Notes under the pieces: generated by a model
The model's database searches: none
Told to the model about the DNA's origin: nothing
What the model saw: only the letters and a program-made list of their open reading frames with translations
Program-made: the position numbers and the translations under genes
In this document: positions 29,598 through 39,562 of the stretch, one piece after another
Numbering within the stretch: the first letter of the stretch is position 1
Layout of the letters: every line of letters begins with the position of its first letter
Source of the DNA: Methanobacteriota archaeon
GTDB taxonomy: Archaea > Thermoplasmatota > Poseidoniia > MGIII > CG-Epi1
Direction of reading: 5' to 3'
Length of the DNA stretch: 56,575 bases
Assembly: GCA_002687355.1 (NCBI GenBank)
Contig: NYZZ01000036.1
Location: 1-56,575, forward strand

Positions 29598-30752
29598 ATG
29601 GACTGGAAAGCACTGCTCGCATCTGCCGATGGTCCACCAGAGCTAGCGGCACTGCGCACTGCCGCCAGCGCACATTTCCTGGATCGAGGGTTGCCGTCAA
29701 CGCGCGACGAGCGCTGGCGATACACCGACACCAATTTCCTGACGCAGCAGGAACTGGAACTGCTGCGACCAGTAATCAAAGCCGATGCACCGGCTGGTGT
29801 GCGCGTACGGCCGCTGGAAGAAGCGGCCGACGCAGCAGTACCATTACTCGCTGCCGAGGCGGATATGACACATCCATTTCGGTTGCTCAATACGGCACTG
29901 CTACGCGACGGGCTGCTGGTCGAAGTCGAGGACAACGCAAAGCCTGAGAGGGAATTGCTGCTGACAATTACAACAACCTCTGGTCTAGCGGTGCCACGAC
30001 TGCTAGTTGTTGTTGGCGAAAACACGCAGCTGACGCTGGTCGAGCGCTACCGCACCGATGGCGGGACCTGCCTACCAGTAACGCAGTTTTCGGTCGGAAG
30101 CGGCAGTCGCGTAGAGCACCTGCGCATCCACCATGGTTCCAACGATGTCCACATCGGCTGCGTTGAGGTACGGCAGCAGCGCGACTCGCTCGTCACAAAT
30201 CACCTGCTTACCTTTGGTGGGCGACTGGTGCGCAACGATCTCCAGTTTCACTTGCTTGGTAGCGGCGCCGAGGCGCGACTAAACGGACTCTACCTGGCCG
30301 ACGGTGAGCAGCACGTCGATAACCACACTACCATCGAGCATGCAGTGCCACACTGCGATAGCCGCGAAACCTACCGTGGTATCCTCGGCGGCAAGGCGAG
30401 TGCGGTGTTCAACGGTCGCGTGCATGTGCATCCTGACGCGCAGCGCACCGACGCACAGCAATCAAACCAGAACCTGTTACTGACCGATGACGCGATTATC
30501 CATACCAAACCTGAGTTGGAAATCTATGCCGACGACGTCAAGTGCACTCACGGCGCGACCGTTGGCCAGCTTGACCGTGAAGCGCTATTCTACCTGCGGT
30601 CACGCGGCCTCGCTTATGATGAGGCACGACGGATGCTAGTTGACTCGTTTGCCGCCGAAATCGTACGGCGTATCACCGATGAATCTCTGCGCGACGAACT
30701 GGCGGAAACGGTCATTGCGCGACTACCAGGGATGTTGGCGGAGGCTGCGTGA
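29598..30752 (+). CDS. sufD: Fe-S cluster assembly protein SufD
   Basis: 384 aa with the beta-helix core ..VDNHTTIEHAVPHCDSRETYRGIL..VFNGRVHVHPDAQRTDAQQSNQNLLL.. shared with SufB/SufD. Confidence 0.85.
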   Translation: MDWKALLASADGPPELAALRTAASAHFLDRGLPSTRDERWRYTDTNFLTQQELELLRPVIKADAPAGVRVRPLEEAADAAVPLLAAEADMTHPFRLLNTALLRDGLLVEVEDNAKPERELLLTITTTSGLAVPRLLVVVGENTQLTLVERYRTDGGTCLPVTQFSVGSGSRVEHLRIHHGSNDVHIGCVEVRQQRDSLVTNHLLTFGGRLVRNDLQFHLLGSGAEARLNGLYLADGEQHVDNHTTIEHAVPHCDSRETYRGILGGKASAVFNGRVHVHPDAQRTDAQQSNQNLLLTDDAIIHTKPELEIYADDVKCTHGATVGQLDREALFYLRSRGLAYDEARRMLVDSFAAEIVRRITDESLRDELAETVIARLPGMLAEAA

Positions 30753-31960
30753 ACGTTGCGGAACTGCGTGCCGACTTCCCGGCGCTGCAGCAGAAAGTAC
30801 ACGGTCGGCCGCTCGTCTATCTTGACAACGCCGCGACGACGCACAAGCCCAAGGTTGTACTTGATGCGCTCGACAAGTTCTACCGCGAGGATAATTCCAA
30901 TGTCCACCGTGGTGTCCACACTCTGAGCCAGCGCGCGACCGAGTCCTATGAAGGAGCGCGCGCGAAGATTGCACAATTCCTGGGCGCTGAGGCAAACGAA
31001 ATAGTCTTCGTGCGTGGCGCGACCGAGGGCATCAATCTCGTTGCGAACGCATTCTTGCGGCCACAGCTGCACAAGGGCGATGAAGTACTAATTACGGCGA
31101 TGGAACACCACGCCAACATCGTCCCGTGGCAACTTGCATGTGAAGCCACTGGTGCAAAATTGCGCGTCGCACCAATGTCACAGACGGGTGAACTACTGCT
31201 CGATGAGCTAGAGACGCTGCTAACGCCGCGGACAAAACTACTAGCGCTGACACACGTCTCAAATGCCTTGGGCACCGTCAATCCAATCGCGCAAATCACA
31301 GAGATGGCGCACGCGCGCGGAATCCCGGTGCTGGTCGATGGTGCGCAGGCGGTCCAGCACCTGTCAGTCAACGTGTGTGAACTGGGGGTTGATTTCTACG
31401 CGCTCTCGGGTCACAAACTCTACGGACCCACAGGAATCGGTGTGCTCTGGGGTCGTTCAGCCCATCTAGAGGGAATGGCCCCCTGGCAAGGAGGTGGTGA
31501 CATGATTCGATCCGTCACTTTTGAGAAGACCGAGTTCGCGCCGCCACCACTACGGTTCGAGGCGGGGACGCCGAACATCGCCGGCGCAATTGGGCTCGGA
31601 GCAGCGGTTGAATACCTAGCGGGAATCGGGCTCGATGCAATCGTCGCGCACGAGCGAGAGCTGCTGACAGCCGCAACTGACGCGGTAGCGGCAATCGAGG
31701 GCGTGCGACTCATCGGTACCGCGGACGCCAAGGCAAGCGTGCTCTCGTTCGTAGTCGAAGGAGTCCACCCGCACGACATCGGTACGGTACTGGACCGGTA
31801 CGGTGTCGCGGTTCGCACCGGTCACCACTGCGCGCAGCCGGTAATGGCGTTCTATGGCGTGCCAGCGACTGTACGCGCTTCTTTTGGTTTATATAATTAT
31901 CATGCAGAAATTGTTCCGCTCTGCAAAGCACTACGCGAGGCTCAGGAGCTCTTTGCATGA
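30749..31960 (+). CDS. sufS: Cysteine desulfurase SufS (group II)
   Basis: 403 aa with PLVYLDNAATT, HHANIVPW, ALSGHKLYGPTGIGVL (PLP Lys) and RTGHHCAQP (active-site Cys loop). Confidence 0.92.
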   Translation: MNVAELRADFPALQQKVHGRPLVYLDNAATTHKPKVVLDALDKFYREDNSNVHRGVHTLSQRATESYEGARAKIAQFLGAEANEIVFVRGATEGINLVANAFLRPQLHKGDEVLITAMEHHANIVPWQLACEATGAKLRVAPMSQTGELLLDELETLLTPRTKLLALTHVSNALGTVNPIAQITEMAHARGIPVLVDGAQAVQHLSVNVCELGVDFYALSGHKLYGPTGIGVLWGRSAHLEGMAPWQGGGDMIRSVTFEKTEFAPPPLRFEAGTPNIAGAIGLGAAVEYLAGIGLDAIVAHERELLTAATDAVAAIEGVRLIGTADAKASVLSFVVEGVHPHDIGTVLDRYGVAVRTGHHCAQPVMAFYGVPATVRASFGLYNYHAEIVPLCKALREAQELFA

Positions 31961-32391
31961 GCCTGTCAGAGCTCTACCAGCAGCTCATCTTGGACCATAA
32001 TCGCAGCCCGCGCAACCGTGGTGCGCTGGAAGCGCCGACGCACTCTGCGGTAGGACACAATCCACTCTGCGGCGACCAACTACAGCTGCAGTTGCAGCTC
32101 ATGGATGGCAGGGTGGCAGAGGTCGCCTTCGAAGGCAGCGGCTGCGCTATCTCAACTGCGTCAGCAAGCCTGATGACTGACGCCGTGAAAGGTCTTGATA
32201 AAGATGAGTTGGATGAGTTATTCGCAAAGTTTCACGCGCTCGCAACCGGAGATGAATCATCGGACAAGCTCGGCAAGCTCGGAGCCTTTGGTGGAATCCG
32301 TGACTACCCAACGCGAGTGAAGTGTGCCACACTGGCGTGGCACACCTTGCGAGCAGCGCTTCACGGTGAGCTGGGGGCAACGACCGAATGA
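31957..32391 (+). CDS. sufU: SufU/NifU-type sulfur acceptor
   Basis: 144 aa with NPLCGD, GSGCAIS and VKCATLAW cysteine motifs. ATGA overlaps on both sides. Confidence 0.85.
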   Translation: MSLSELYQQLILDHNRSPRNRGALEAPTHSAVGHNPLCGDQLQLQLQLMDGRVAEVAFEGSGCAISTASASLMTDAVKGLDKDELDELFAKFHALATGDESSDKLGKLGAFGGIRDYPTRVKCATLAWHTLRAALHGELGATTE

Positions 32392-32801
32392 ATGGCGCAA
32401 GCTCTAATACTGCCATGACAGGTCAGGCACCCAACATGGCCACCAGCTCTGAGACCGCACTCGAATCTGACAAAGTACTAGTTACGGTGACCGAAGCGGC
32501 TGCCACCGAACTGCAGCGCGCAATGGAAGCTCAAGACAAACAGGATATGGCACTACGTATCGCGGTCTTCCCAGGTGGTTGCGCCGGCATGCAATATGGC
32601 TTAAGCCTTGATTCTGAGGGGCAGCCTGGTGATGAGGAATTCGTGTCGAGTGGCATTCGGCTGGTCGTCGGGCGGCAGGATTTGCCAATGGTGGCAGGGA
32701 TGCAGGTTGACTACGTCCAGTCAGTGAGTGGATCTGGCTTCAAGGTCGAGAACCCGAACGCTAACGAAAGTTGTGGCTGTGGTTCGAGCTTCTCCTGCTA
32801 A
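32388..32801 (+). CDS. A-type Fe-S carrier (SufA/IscA-like) with N-terminal extension
   Basis: 137 aa with GGCAGMQYGL and the C-terminal CGCGSSFSC. About 35 extra N-terminal residues precede the HesB core. Confidence 0.85.
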   Translation: MNGASSNTAMTGQAPNMATSSETALESDKVLVTVTEAAATELQRAMEAQDKQDMALRIAVFPGGCAGMQYGLSLDSEGQPGDEEFVSSGIRLVVGRQDLPMVAGMQVDYVQSVSGSGFKVENPNANESCGCGSSFSC

Positions 32802-32831
32802 TGACTTGGTGGAGGCGGTAACCTGAAGGAG

Positions 32832-33038
32832 GTGGACGTGAGGGGATTGCAATGCACGCAAGCCGTGATGGCGATGTTGCGTGCGCTGATGCCACTACCA
32901 GCCGGTGAGGAACTCCAGGTGTGCTGGGAGGCAGAAGACTCGAAACGAGACATCCTGACTGTCATAAGGCGACGTAACTACACACTGATTTCCGACTCGG
33001 AAGAGGACGGGCGTAAACTGCTCGTCGTGAGCAAATAA
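32832..33038 (+). CDS. TusA/SirA-like small sulfur-carrier protein (divergent)
   Basis: 68 aa. VDVRGLQCTQAVMAMLRAL resembles the TusA D-x-R-G-x-x-CP-x-P motif but lacks both prolines. An AGGAGG lies about 8 nt before an alternative GTG at 32838. Confidence 0.55.
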   Translation: MDVRGLQCTQAVMAMLRALMPLPAGEELQVCWEAEDSKRDILTVIRRRNYTLISDSEEDGRKLLVVSK

Positions 33039-33065
33039 TAAAACTGACCGCTGGGTGACGCGCCA

Positions 33066-33662
33066 ATGGCGGAACCGTGCGAGGACGATGCACTGGCGGC
33101 GGCGCGACTTCCGACCCGCTTCGGAGAGTTTCGCATCATTGCCTTCCCTGGTGAGACTGCGAACCGCGAGCATATTGCGCTGGTGCTGGGCGACATGGAG
33201 GGCGAAGTCCTAGTGCGCATTCACTCGGAATGTCTTACGGGCGACGTATTCCATTCCGACCGCTGTGACTGCGGTGAACAGCTCGACCTGGCGATGGAGC
33301 GAATCGCCGAGATGGGGCATGGTGTCATCATATACCTAAGGCAGGAAGGACGTGGTATTGGACTAGTGAACAAGCTTCACGCCTACAACCTGCAGGACGA
33401 TGGCCTCGACACAGTCGAGGCCAATGAAAAGCTGGGCTTCAGCGGTGAAATGCGGCAGTATGGAGACGCGGTCACCATCCTAAGGTCCCTCGGTGTGGGC
33501 AAGGCGGCGCTGCTGACCAATAATCCTGCCAAGATTGAAGCGCTGCGCGAGGCGGGCCTCACGGTACGGCGGGAGCCGCATATCATAACACCGAAAGCAG
33601 AGAACCGCGACTACCTAAGCACAAAGTCGAACAAAATGGGGCATCTCATCCCACCTGGCTAG
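33066..33662 (+). CDS. ribA: GTP cyclohydrolase II
   Basis: 198 aa with RIHSECLTGDVFHSDRCDCGEQL (zinc site) and RQEGRGIGL. Confidence 0.88.
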   Translation: MAEPCEDDALAAARLPTRFGEFRIIAFPGETANREHIALVLGDMEGEVLVRIHSECLTGDVFHSDRCDCGEQLDLAMERIAEMGHGVIIYLRQEGRGIGLVNKLHAYNLQDDGLDTVEANEKLGFSGEMRQYGDAVTILRSLGVGKAALLTNNPAKIEALREAGLTVRREPHIITPKAENRDYLSTKSNKMGHLIPPG

Positions 33663-34465
33663 ACGGAATTGGCACGGCTGCGGTTCTCAGAGCGACCGCC
33701 GATAGTGAGCACCCACAGCACGAAGAGCGCCATAATGAGCGCGTACTGACCAGTCTGCCACCAGAAATAGTGAACCTTGTCCCAAGTTGCGAAACCGTAC
33801 TTCATGATGAGAGGGTAGGCGGTGATGATACGCAGGGCGTTCTCAAAGAAGATAAATACGGCTGCATACGCGGCCCAGCGTACGCGCACCAGCGGCTTCA
33901 CACCGCGAAAGCAAAGGATTAGCAGCCCCAGGAACAAGGTTTCGTGTAGACCGGTACAAGTACTGACAATTTCTAGGTCAATTATCTCCTCGTACCGCAG
34001 TAGAGTCCCGTTACTACCACCGATGCTAACCTCGATACCGAATGCGCTCTCGATTACCCAAACGAACCAAGTCAGGAACTTCTGGTAAAGCAGCAGTGAG
34101 TTCTCGCCGCGCGTTATGTGCTGGAACAACAGATCTGCCGGTAGCACCACCGCCATCACCAGCATGAAATTGAACGCAACGCCAACAATGGTGCGATCGC
34201 CTTTCTTCTCGGCACCTACCTGTGCGCATAGCCAGCTCTCAGCGCGATCCAGCTTGTGGGCCACTACGTTACTTACACGCTCGAGCAGTGCCTGCGGGGT
34301 GGTCGCCGTACTGGGGTTGCCGAACGCCAGCCAGAAGGAACCTGCCGCGGAGATTAGTGCGACCGTCGCCGCACTGCCACCGTAGAAGAGCGCAAAGCCG
34401 ACCAGCAACAGCCCAATGGCAGCAAGTAGGGCCTGCATCTGCTCGCGGCGCTTTAACGGCTGCAT
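33659..34465 (-). CDS. artA: Archaeosortase (ArtA-like, exosortase superfamily)
   Basis: 268 aa with about 7 TM helices. EIVSTCTGLHE is the candidate catalytic Cys and FFENALRIITAYP carries the conserved Arg motif. Three PGF-CTERM proteins are encoded in the same window. Confidence 0.7.
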   Translation of the reverse strand: MQPLKRREQMQALLAAIGLLLVGFALFYGGSAATVALISAAGSFWLAFGNPSTATTPQALLERVSNVVAHKLDRAESWLCAQVGAEKKGDRTIVGVAFNFMLVMAVVLPADLLFQHITRGENSLLLYQKFLTWFVWVIESAFGIEVSIGGSNGTLLRYEEIIDLEIVSTCTGLHETLFLGLLILCFRGVKPLVRVRWAAYAAVFIFFENALRIITAYPLIMKYGFATWDKVHYFWWQTGQYALIMALFVLWVLTIGGRSENRSRANSV

Positions 34466-34490
34466 GTACCCCCTGCGTCAGCTAGAGACA

Positions 34491-34913
34491 TTAAAGCTGC
34501 CGATGTAGGAATTCATGCGCTGCAATAAGTGCTTCAGACGTTGTATCATGGGTGGCGCGCACGAATGCTGCGTCCCATTTCAGCCAGTCGAAAGCCGTGT
34601 GCTCGTCGCTCAGTTGCACCTCACCTGACGGAGATTTCGCAAGGAAGAAGAGAACACGTTTTGGGATTTCAACACTGCCACGTCGTTTGATGTAGCTGAT
34701 TTCGTGGCGAAAGCCCTCGACAACCGCTATGTCGTGCAGTCCGGTCTCCTCCTGCAATTCGCGCAGGGCCGCTTCCAGTTCAGCCTCGTCGGGCTCAACA
34801 CGGCCCTTCGGCGGTGCCCAGTGCCCCTCAGTATGGCGCAGCAGCAGCGTGCGGTCGCCACGGAACAGGACCACGCCACAGGCAAACTCGGACGTCTTGG
34901 AATAGTCACCCAT
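34491..34913 (-). CDS. NUDIX hydrolase
   Basis: 140 aa with the Nudix box GRVEPDEAELEAALRELQEETGL. Confidence 0.85.
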   Translation of the reverse strand: MGDYSKTSEFACGVVLFRGDRTLLLRHTEGHWAPPKGRVEPDEAELEAALRELQEETGLHDIAVVEGFRHEISYIKRRGSVEIPKRVLFFLAKSPSGEVQLSDEHTAFDWLKWDAAFVRATHDTTSEALIAAHEFLHRQL

Positions 34914-34939
34914 TATAGTCGGGTCTGTCGCTAAGACTA

Positions 34940-35821
34940 TTACTCGTTGTCGCGTTTCATCCGAGCCAGTGCAGTTGCGACTATGGCAAGCGCCAGCATT
35001 GAGAAGCTAGACTCGAAACCGGGAACAAAGACCCCACGCACCCATAAGTTTGACGTAATTGAGCGTGCCTCGGTCTCGCCCGCCAGTGTGGTCGATGCCT
35101 TCACGATAATGGTGTGGTACTCATTAAACCAGCCAAGGGCCGTGCCGCGCGGAGTGCGTACATTGAGGGGGACCTGCAGCTCTCCCTGACTGTCAATCTC
35201 GATTTGCGGCTGCGAAAGTGCGATGATGAAGCCAGCCTCCTCAAGCTTCTCCTGGTTGACCACCTCGACTAGAATGGTATCAACGTGGTTGCCATAGTTC
35301 AGGACAGTGAAAGTAAGAGGGAATTCCTTACCGGGGCCGACCCTCTGGAAGGGCTGGTCAGCGCGGATAGAGAGTCGTGCATACTGCTCAATCTGAGCGG
35401 TAAAGCCAGCAAACTTGGTTTGCGGGTTGAGATGAGTGGTTGTCTCCGACCCCTGTCCGGTTGCCTGCACATCTACATTTTTGTAAGCGGCTCGGACGGT
35501 GGCAATGGCACATACCGGCACGGTGATACTGGCGCCAGCGGCGAGAGTCACTGAAATAGCAGAGGGGGAAATGGTCACGCCACCGCCAGATATCTGGACG
35601 TCGACGTCAATGTTGGCGGCGCCCTCATTACTGACCTGCAGCGAGGTGCAGCCGACACCCGAGGCGCCGGGACGCACGTCTAGTTTTACCGAGGCGTCCG
35701 AAAAAGTCATGGAAAACGCAACCGGTGTCGTCTGAGCTTCGGCCTGCGGACTAAAGATAAAGAGCGAACTGCCCAGTACCAGGGCGGCTAGCAACAGGGC
35801 GCGGGTCGGGGTTGACATCAT
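34940..35821 (-). CDS. Secreted PGF-CTERM protein with two Ig-like (CARDB/NEW3-like) domains
   Basis: From ATGATG at 35821 the signal peptide is MMSTPTRALLLAALVLGSSLFIFSPQAEA. The C-terminal signal is VPGFESSFSMLALAIVATALARMKRDNE. A TATA-like gctatatatctc lies about 30 nt upstream on the minus strand. Confidence 0.65.
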   Translation of the reverse strand: MMSTPTRALLLAALVLGSSLFIFSPQAEAQTTPVAFSMTFSDASVKLDVRPGASGVGCTSLQVSNEGAANIDVDVQISGGGVTISPSAISVTLAAGASITVPVCAIATVRAAYKNVDVQATGQGSETTTHLNPQTKFAGFTAQIEQYARLSIRADQPFQRVGPGKEFPLTFTVLNYGNHVDTILVEVVNQEKLEEAGFIIALSQPQIEIDSQGELQVPLNVRTPRGTALGWFNEYHTIIVKASTTLAGETEARSITSNLWVRGVFVPGFESSFSMLALAIVATALARMKRDNE

Positions 35822-35969
35822 TTGCCTCAGTCGGGACTGTGCTATCGAGATATATAGCATTTGCCCGCCGGCACACGAAGATTGCGCCATAAAAAGGCTA
35901 TCGTTTTTTTCACTCGATTTTCAGCAGACGCGCGTCAGCAATGAAGCTGGGTGAGCTTCAGCTTACGCT

Positions 35970-36206
35970 CTAGGGAGCCAACTTCGCAGCCAATTGTTCG
36001 TTGGTCGGCTCGACCAGCACGCTGCCGTCGTCGAACTCCAGCACTGGCACACGCTGGAAACCGTTATTGAGTGAAACGGCGCGGTCGCGAAGTGCATCGT
36101 CGCTCTCGATATCGAGGTACTCATACGAAATATTCTCTCCATCCAGCCATGCCCTGGCGCGATGGCAGTCGCCGCACCAAGCGGCACCGTACATGCGCAG
36201 AGTCAT
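35970..36206 (-). CDS. Glutaredoxin/NrdH-like thioredoxin-fold protein
   Basis: 78 aa with the WCGDC redox motif and ..VPVLEFDDGSVLVEP.. Confidence 0.75.
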   Translation of the reverse strand: MTLRMYGAAWCGDCHRARAWLDGENISYEYLDIESDDALRDRAVSLNNGFQRVPVLEFDDGSVLVEPTNEQLAAKLAP

Positions 36207-36227
36207 AGTGCGTTAGCCGGGACGCAG

Positions 36228-39041
36228 CTAAACCTCTTCCGCCCAGTCATCAGGACAACTGCACGAGAGGTTGCGGTCACCCCACGCCTGATCGATACGA
36301 CCGACCGGTGGCCAGTACTTGTGATCGTGCAGCCACTTCGCCGGGAAGGCTCCCTGTTCGCGCGAATAGGTGCGATTCCATACATCGGCTGTTACAGTAG
36401 CGGCTGTGTGCGGCGCGTTGCACAGTGAGCTATCGCTAGAGGTGAGACTGCCGTCAGTGACTGCCACGATTTCAGCGTGAATCGCGAGCATTGCGTCGCA
36501 GAAGCGGTCCAGCTCAGCACGACTCTCGGACTCGGTCGGCTCGACCATCAGTGTCCCTGGCACTGGGAAGCTCATCGTCGGTGCATGGTAGCCGTAATCT
36601 ATGAGCCGCTTGGCGACATCATCAACCGTTAGCCCTGCATTGGCTAGCATCTCTCGCGTGTCAAGAATACACTCGTGTGCGACATGGCCGCCAGCGCCGG
36701 TGTAGAGGACAGGATATGCGTCGCCCAGACGCTGCGCGACGTAGTTGGCGTTGAGGATAGCGACCTGCGTCGCTTCGCGCAGCCCTGCGGCACCCATCAT
36801 AGCGATGTAGGCCCAAGTGATGGGGAGAATGAGCGGACTGCCGTAGCGGGCGGCCGAAACGGCACCGTCTTCACCAGTAAGTGGGTCGCCCGGTAAATGC
36901 GGGACCAGATGCTTCCTAACGCCGATGGGCCCCATGCCGGGACCGCCGCCACCATGCGGAATGCAGAAGGTCTTGTGCAGGTTTAGGTGGCAGACGTCAG
37001 CTCCGAATTCGGCCGGTCGGCAGAACCCGACCATCGCGTTTAGGTTGGCGCCGTCCAAATAGACCTGACCACCGGAAGCGTGGACAATGTCACACACCTC
37101 ACGGATATGAGTCTCAAACACCCCATGTGTCGAGGGGTAGGTTACCATCAATGCCGCCAAAGCATCGCCGCACTCGGTCGCCTTCATGCGCAAATCGGCG
37201 AGGTCGATATTGCCGTCATCATCGCATGCGACTGGGACAACGCGCATACCAGCCATCACTGCCGAGGCAGGATTGGTACCATGCGCACTGACTGGAATAA
37301 GGCAGGCGTCGCGGCCATCTTCGTCGCGCGTAGAATGGTAGCTCCGAATGGCAAGCATCCCTGCCAGTTCGCCCTGCGAGCCGGCGTTGGGTTGAAGTGA
37401 AATGGCGGCGAAGCCGGTCATCTCGCAGAGCCATGCTTCGAGGTCGGCAATCAGCTGGTGGTAGCCGGTCGCCTGCTCGACTGGTGCAAAGGGATGCAGG
37501 TCGGCAAAGCCAGGCCACGTTATGGGTTCCATCTCGGCTGCCGCGTTGAGCTTCATGGTGCACGAACCGAGCGGAATCATGCTAGTGTTCAGCGCCAGGT
37601 CCTTCGTCTCGAGCCGGTGCAGGTAGCGCATGAACTCGGTCTCGCTGTGGTAGCGGTTGAAGACCGGATGCTCGAGGAATGACGATTCGCGCTCCAGCGC
37701 AGCCGGCAGAACCTTGCCTTGCGGAGTCTCCCATTCCACGTCGAAAACAGCCAGCAGCTCCGCGAGTTCTCCATCGCCGACGGTCTCATCGAGCGCGATT
37801 CCGACGTCGCCATCGCCTAGGTCGCGCAGGTTGATGCCACTCTCGGCGGCATGCTCGAGCGTGCCGGGTGCGGTAACACGCAGCGTGTCGAAATAGGAAT
37901 CGTGCGCGACCGCGAAGCCCGCCTTGCATAGTGAGGCGGCGAGCGTCCCCGTCAATCGATGTACCCGCTCCGCTATCGCTCGCAATTTGTTGGGACCGTG
38001 GTAGACTGCGTACATCGCCGCGGTAACTGCAAGCAGAACCTGCGCAGTACATATGTTGCTCGTCGCGCGATCGCGTCGGATGTGCTGCTCGCGTGTCTGT
38101 AGAGCTAAACGCAGCGCGGGCGCGCCGTGCACATCCTTTGAAACACCTACTAGTCGGCCGGGCAGCCGCCGCTTCAACGTGTCGCGCGTCGCGATGAACG
38201 CAGCGTGCGGACCACCGTAACCCAGTGGCACACCAAAACGCTGCGATGAGCCGACAACTATGTCGGCACCCCATTCACCCGGTGGCTTGAGCAAACAGAG
38301 CGCCAGCAGGTCAGTTGCAACAACGGCCAGTGCACCGACGTCATGTGCCGCAGTGATTATGTCGCCATAGTCGCAGACCGCGCCATCAGTGGCAGGGTAC
38401 TGGAGCAGCACGCCGAAGGTATCCTCGTCAAATTCTATCTCCGCGGAAGGTACAACGACTATACGCAGGCCGAGCGGCGCCGCGCGCGTTCGCACGACAG
38501 CAGCGGTCTGCGGATGGCAGTCAGCGGCGATGACGAAAGTAGTGCGATTACCGTGTGCAGCGTTGCACGCCATCGCCATGGCTTCAGCCGCAGCGGTCGC
38601 CTCATCGAGTAGCGACGCGTTGGCGATTTCCATTGCCGTCAGGTCACACACCATGGTCTGGAAATTCAGCAGTGCCTCGAGCCGGCCCTGCGCAATTTCC
38701 GGCTGGTAGGGTGTATATGCAGTATACCAGCCCGGATTCTCGAGCAGGTTACGCCGCAGCGCGGGCGGTGTTATGGTACCATAGTAACCCATCCCGAGAT
38801 AGCTGCGCGCCACCACGTTGCGTCCCGCGAGGTCTTGCAGACGATGTAGAGCTGCTGCTTCCGTGAGCGGAGATGGTAGGTCCAGCTCGCCTGCGAAGCG
38901 AATGTCGGCCGGAACGACTGCGTCGGTCAACTCGTCCAAAGTCGTACAGTCGAGCTTCGCCAGCATCTCCGGGATGTCGGCTGGTGCTGGCCCGATATGC
39001 CGCCGAGCGAAAGTGTCCGGGTGGTCGAATGAAACGTCCAT
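36228..39041 (-). CDS. gcvP: Glycine dehydrogenase (decarboxylating), single-chain P-protein
   Basis: 937 aa with N-terminal ..FARRHIGP.. and the PLP-lysine region [25 protein letters not shown]. Both halves lie in one ORF. Confidence 0.93.
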   Translation of the reverse strand: MDVSFDHPDTFARRHIGPAPADIPEMLAKLDCTTLDELTDAVVPADIRFAGELDLPSPLTEAAALHRLQDLAGRNVVARSYLGMGYYGTITPPALRRNLLENPGWYTAYTPYQPEIAQGRLEALLNFQTMVCDLTAMEIANASLLDEATAAAEAMAMACNAAHGNRTTFVIAADCHPQTAAVVRTRAAPLGLRIVVVPSAEIEFDEDTFGVLLQYPATDGAVCDYGDIITAAHDVGALAVVATDLLALCLLKPPGEWGADIVVGSSQRFGVPLGYGGPHAAFIATRDTLKRRLPGRLVGVSKDVHGAPALRLALQTREQHIRRDRATSNICTAQVLLAVTAAMYAVYHGPNKLRAIAERVHRLTGTLAASLCKAGFAVAHDSYFDTLRVTAPGTLEHAAESGINLRDLGDGDVGIALDETVGDGELAELLAVFDVEWETPQGKVLPAALERESSFLEHPVFNRYHSETEFMRYLHRLETKDLALNTSMIPLGSCTMKLNAAAEMEPITWPGFADLHPFAPVEQATGYHQLIADLEAWLCEMTGFAAISLQPNAGSQGELAGMLAIRSYHSTRDEDGRDACLIPVSAHGTNPASAVMAGMRVVPVACDDDGNIDLADLRMKATECGDALAALMVTYPSTHGVFETHIREVCDIVHASGGQVYLDGANLNAMVGFCRPAEFGADVCHLNLHKTFCIPHGGGGPGMGPIGVRKHLVPHLPGDPLTGEDGAVSAARYGSPLILPITWAYIAMMGAAGLREATQVAILNANYVAQRLGDAYPVLYTGAGGHVAHECILDTREMLANAGLTVDDVAKRLIDYGYHAPTMSFPVPGTLMVEPTESESRAELDRFCDAMLAIHAEIVAVTDGSLTSSDSSLCNAPHTAATVTADVWNRTYSREQGAFPAKWLHDHKYWPPVGRIDQAWGDRNLSCSCPDDWAEEV

Positions 39042-39124
39042 GCAGAAACAACGGCGGCACGCTAGCCGGAGTTATGAGTGTTTGCCGGACTCAATCCGGC
39101 ATATACTCTAAATCACCCCTCGGG

Positions 39125-39562
39125 ATGGGGGCCTCCGTGCAGTCAAACACTGTGCGGCTTTTTACCCCGCGCGAGGCGAACGCAATGCTGCCAGCGCTGA
39201 GGCCTTTACTGATGGAGCTGGCGGACCGGCACGCTGAGCGGGAGCAGCTGGAGGAGCTGCTGATTGAGGTGGAACAGGACGCCAAAAGCAGAGAGTCGAT
39301 GCGAGACCGCATCGAACTAGAGGTGCGACTCGACGAAAATCTGGCGGAGTTGAAGCAGCTCTTCGAAGCACTGGCACGGCATGGAGTCGAGGTGAAAGAC
39401 CCTGCTATTGGGCTCATTGATTTTCACGCGCAGCGCGGCGCCGAGCTGGTGTACCTGTGCTACAAGCTGGGAGAGCCCAAAGTGACGCACTGGCACCCAC
39501 TCGACGATGGCTACAGCGGGCGTAAGACGCTCGAAAGCGAGCCGGAAATGTTGAAGATCTAA
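39125..39562 (+). CDS. DUF2203-family protein (probable)
   Basis: 145 aa from ATG 39125 with ..RLFTPREANAMLPALRPLLMEL.., a coiled middle and ..GLIDFHAQRGAELVYLCYKLGEPKVTHWHPLDDGYSGR.. The 5' extension in the track ORF overlaps gcvP. Confidence 0.5.
   Translation: MGASVQSNTVRLFTPREANAMLPALRPLLMELADRHAEREQLEELLIEVEQDAKSRESMRDRIELEVRLDENLAELKQLFEALARHGVEVKDPAIGLIDFHAQRGAELVYLCYKLGEPKVTHWHPLDDGYSGRKTLESEPEMLKI

Noticed and set aside
35926-35935. Perfect 10-bp palindrome GACGCGCGTC in the intergenic region between the glutaredoxin-like gene and the PGF-CTERM gene
   Set aside because: It is short, GC-rich and expected by chance in a GC-rich genome. No second copy was noticed.
38873-39124. 5' extension of the DUF2203 ORF
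   Set aside because: It overlaps the gcvP 5' coding region on the opposite strand. The conserved part of the protein starts at ATG 39125.
39042-39124. Possible glycine riboswitch upstream of gcvP
   Set aside because: Only 83 nt are available. I could not find the conserved glycine-aptamer core sequences, and riboswitches of this class are not expected in an archaeal context. Only a short hairpin (gccgga..tccggc) is present.
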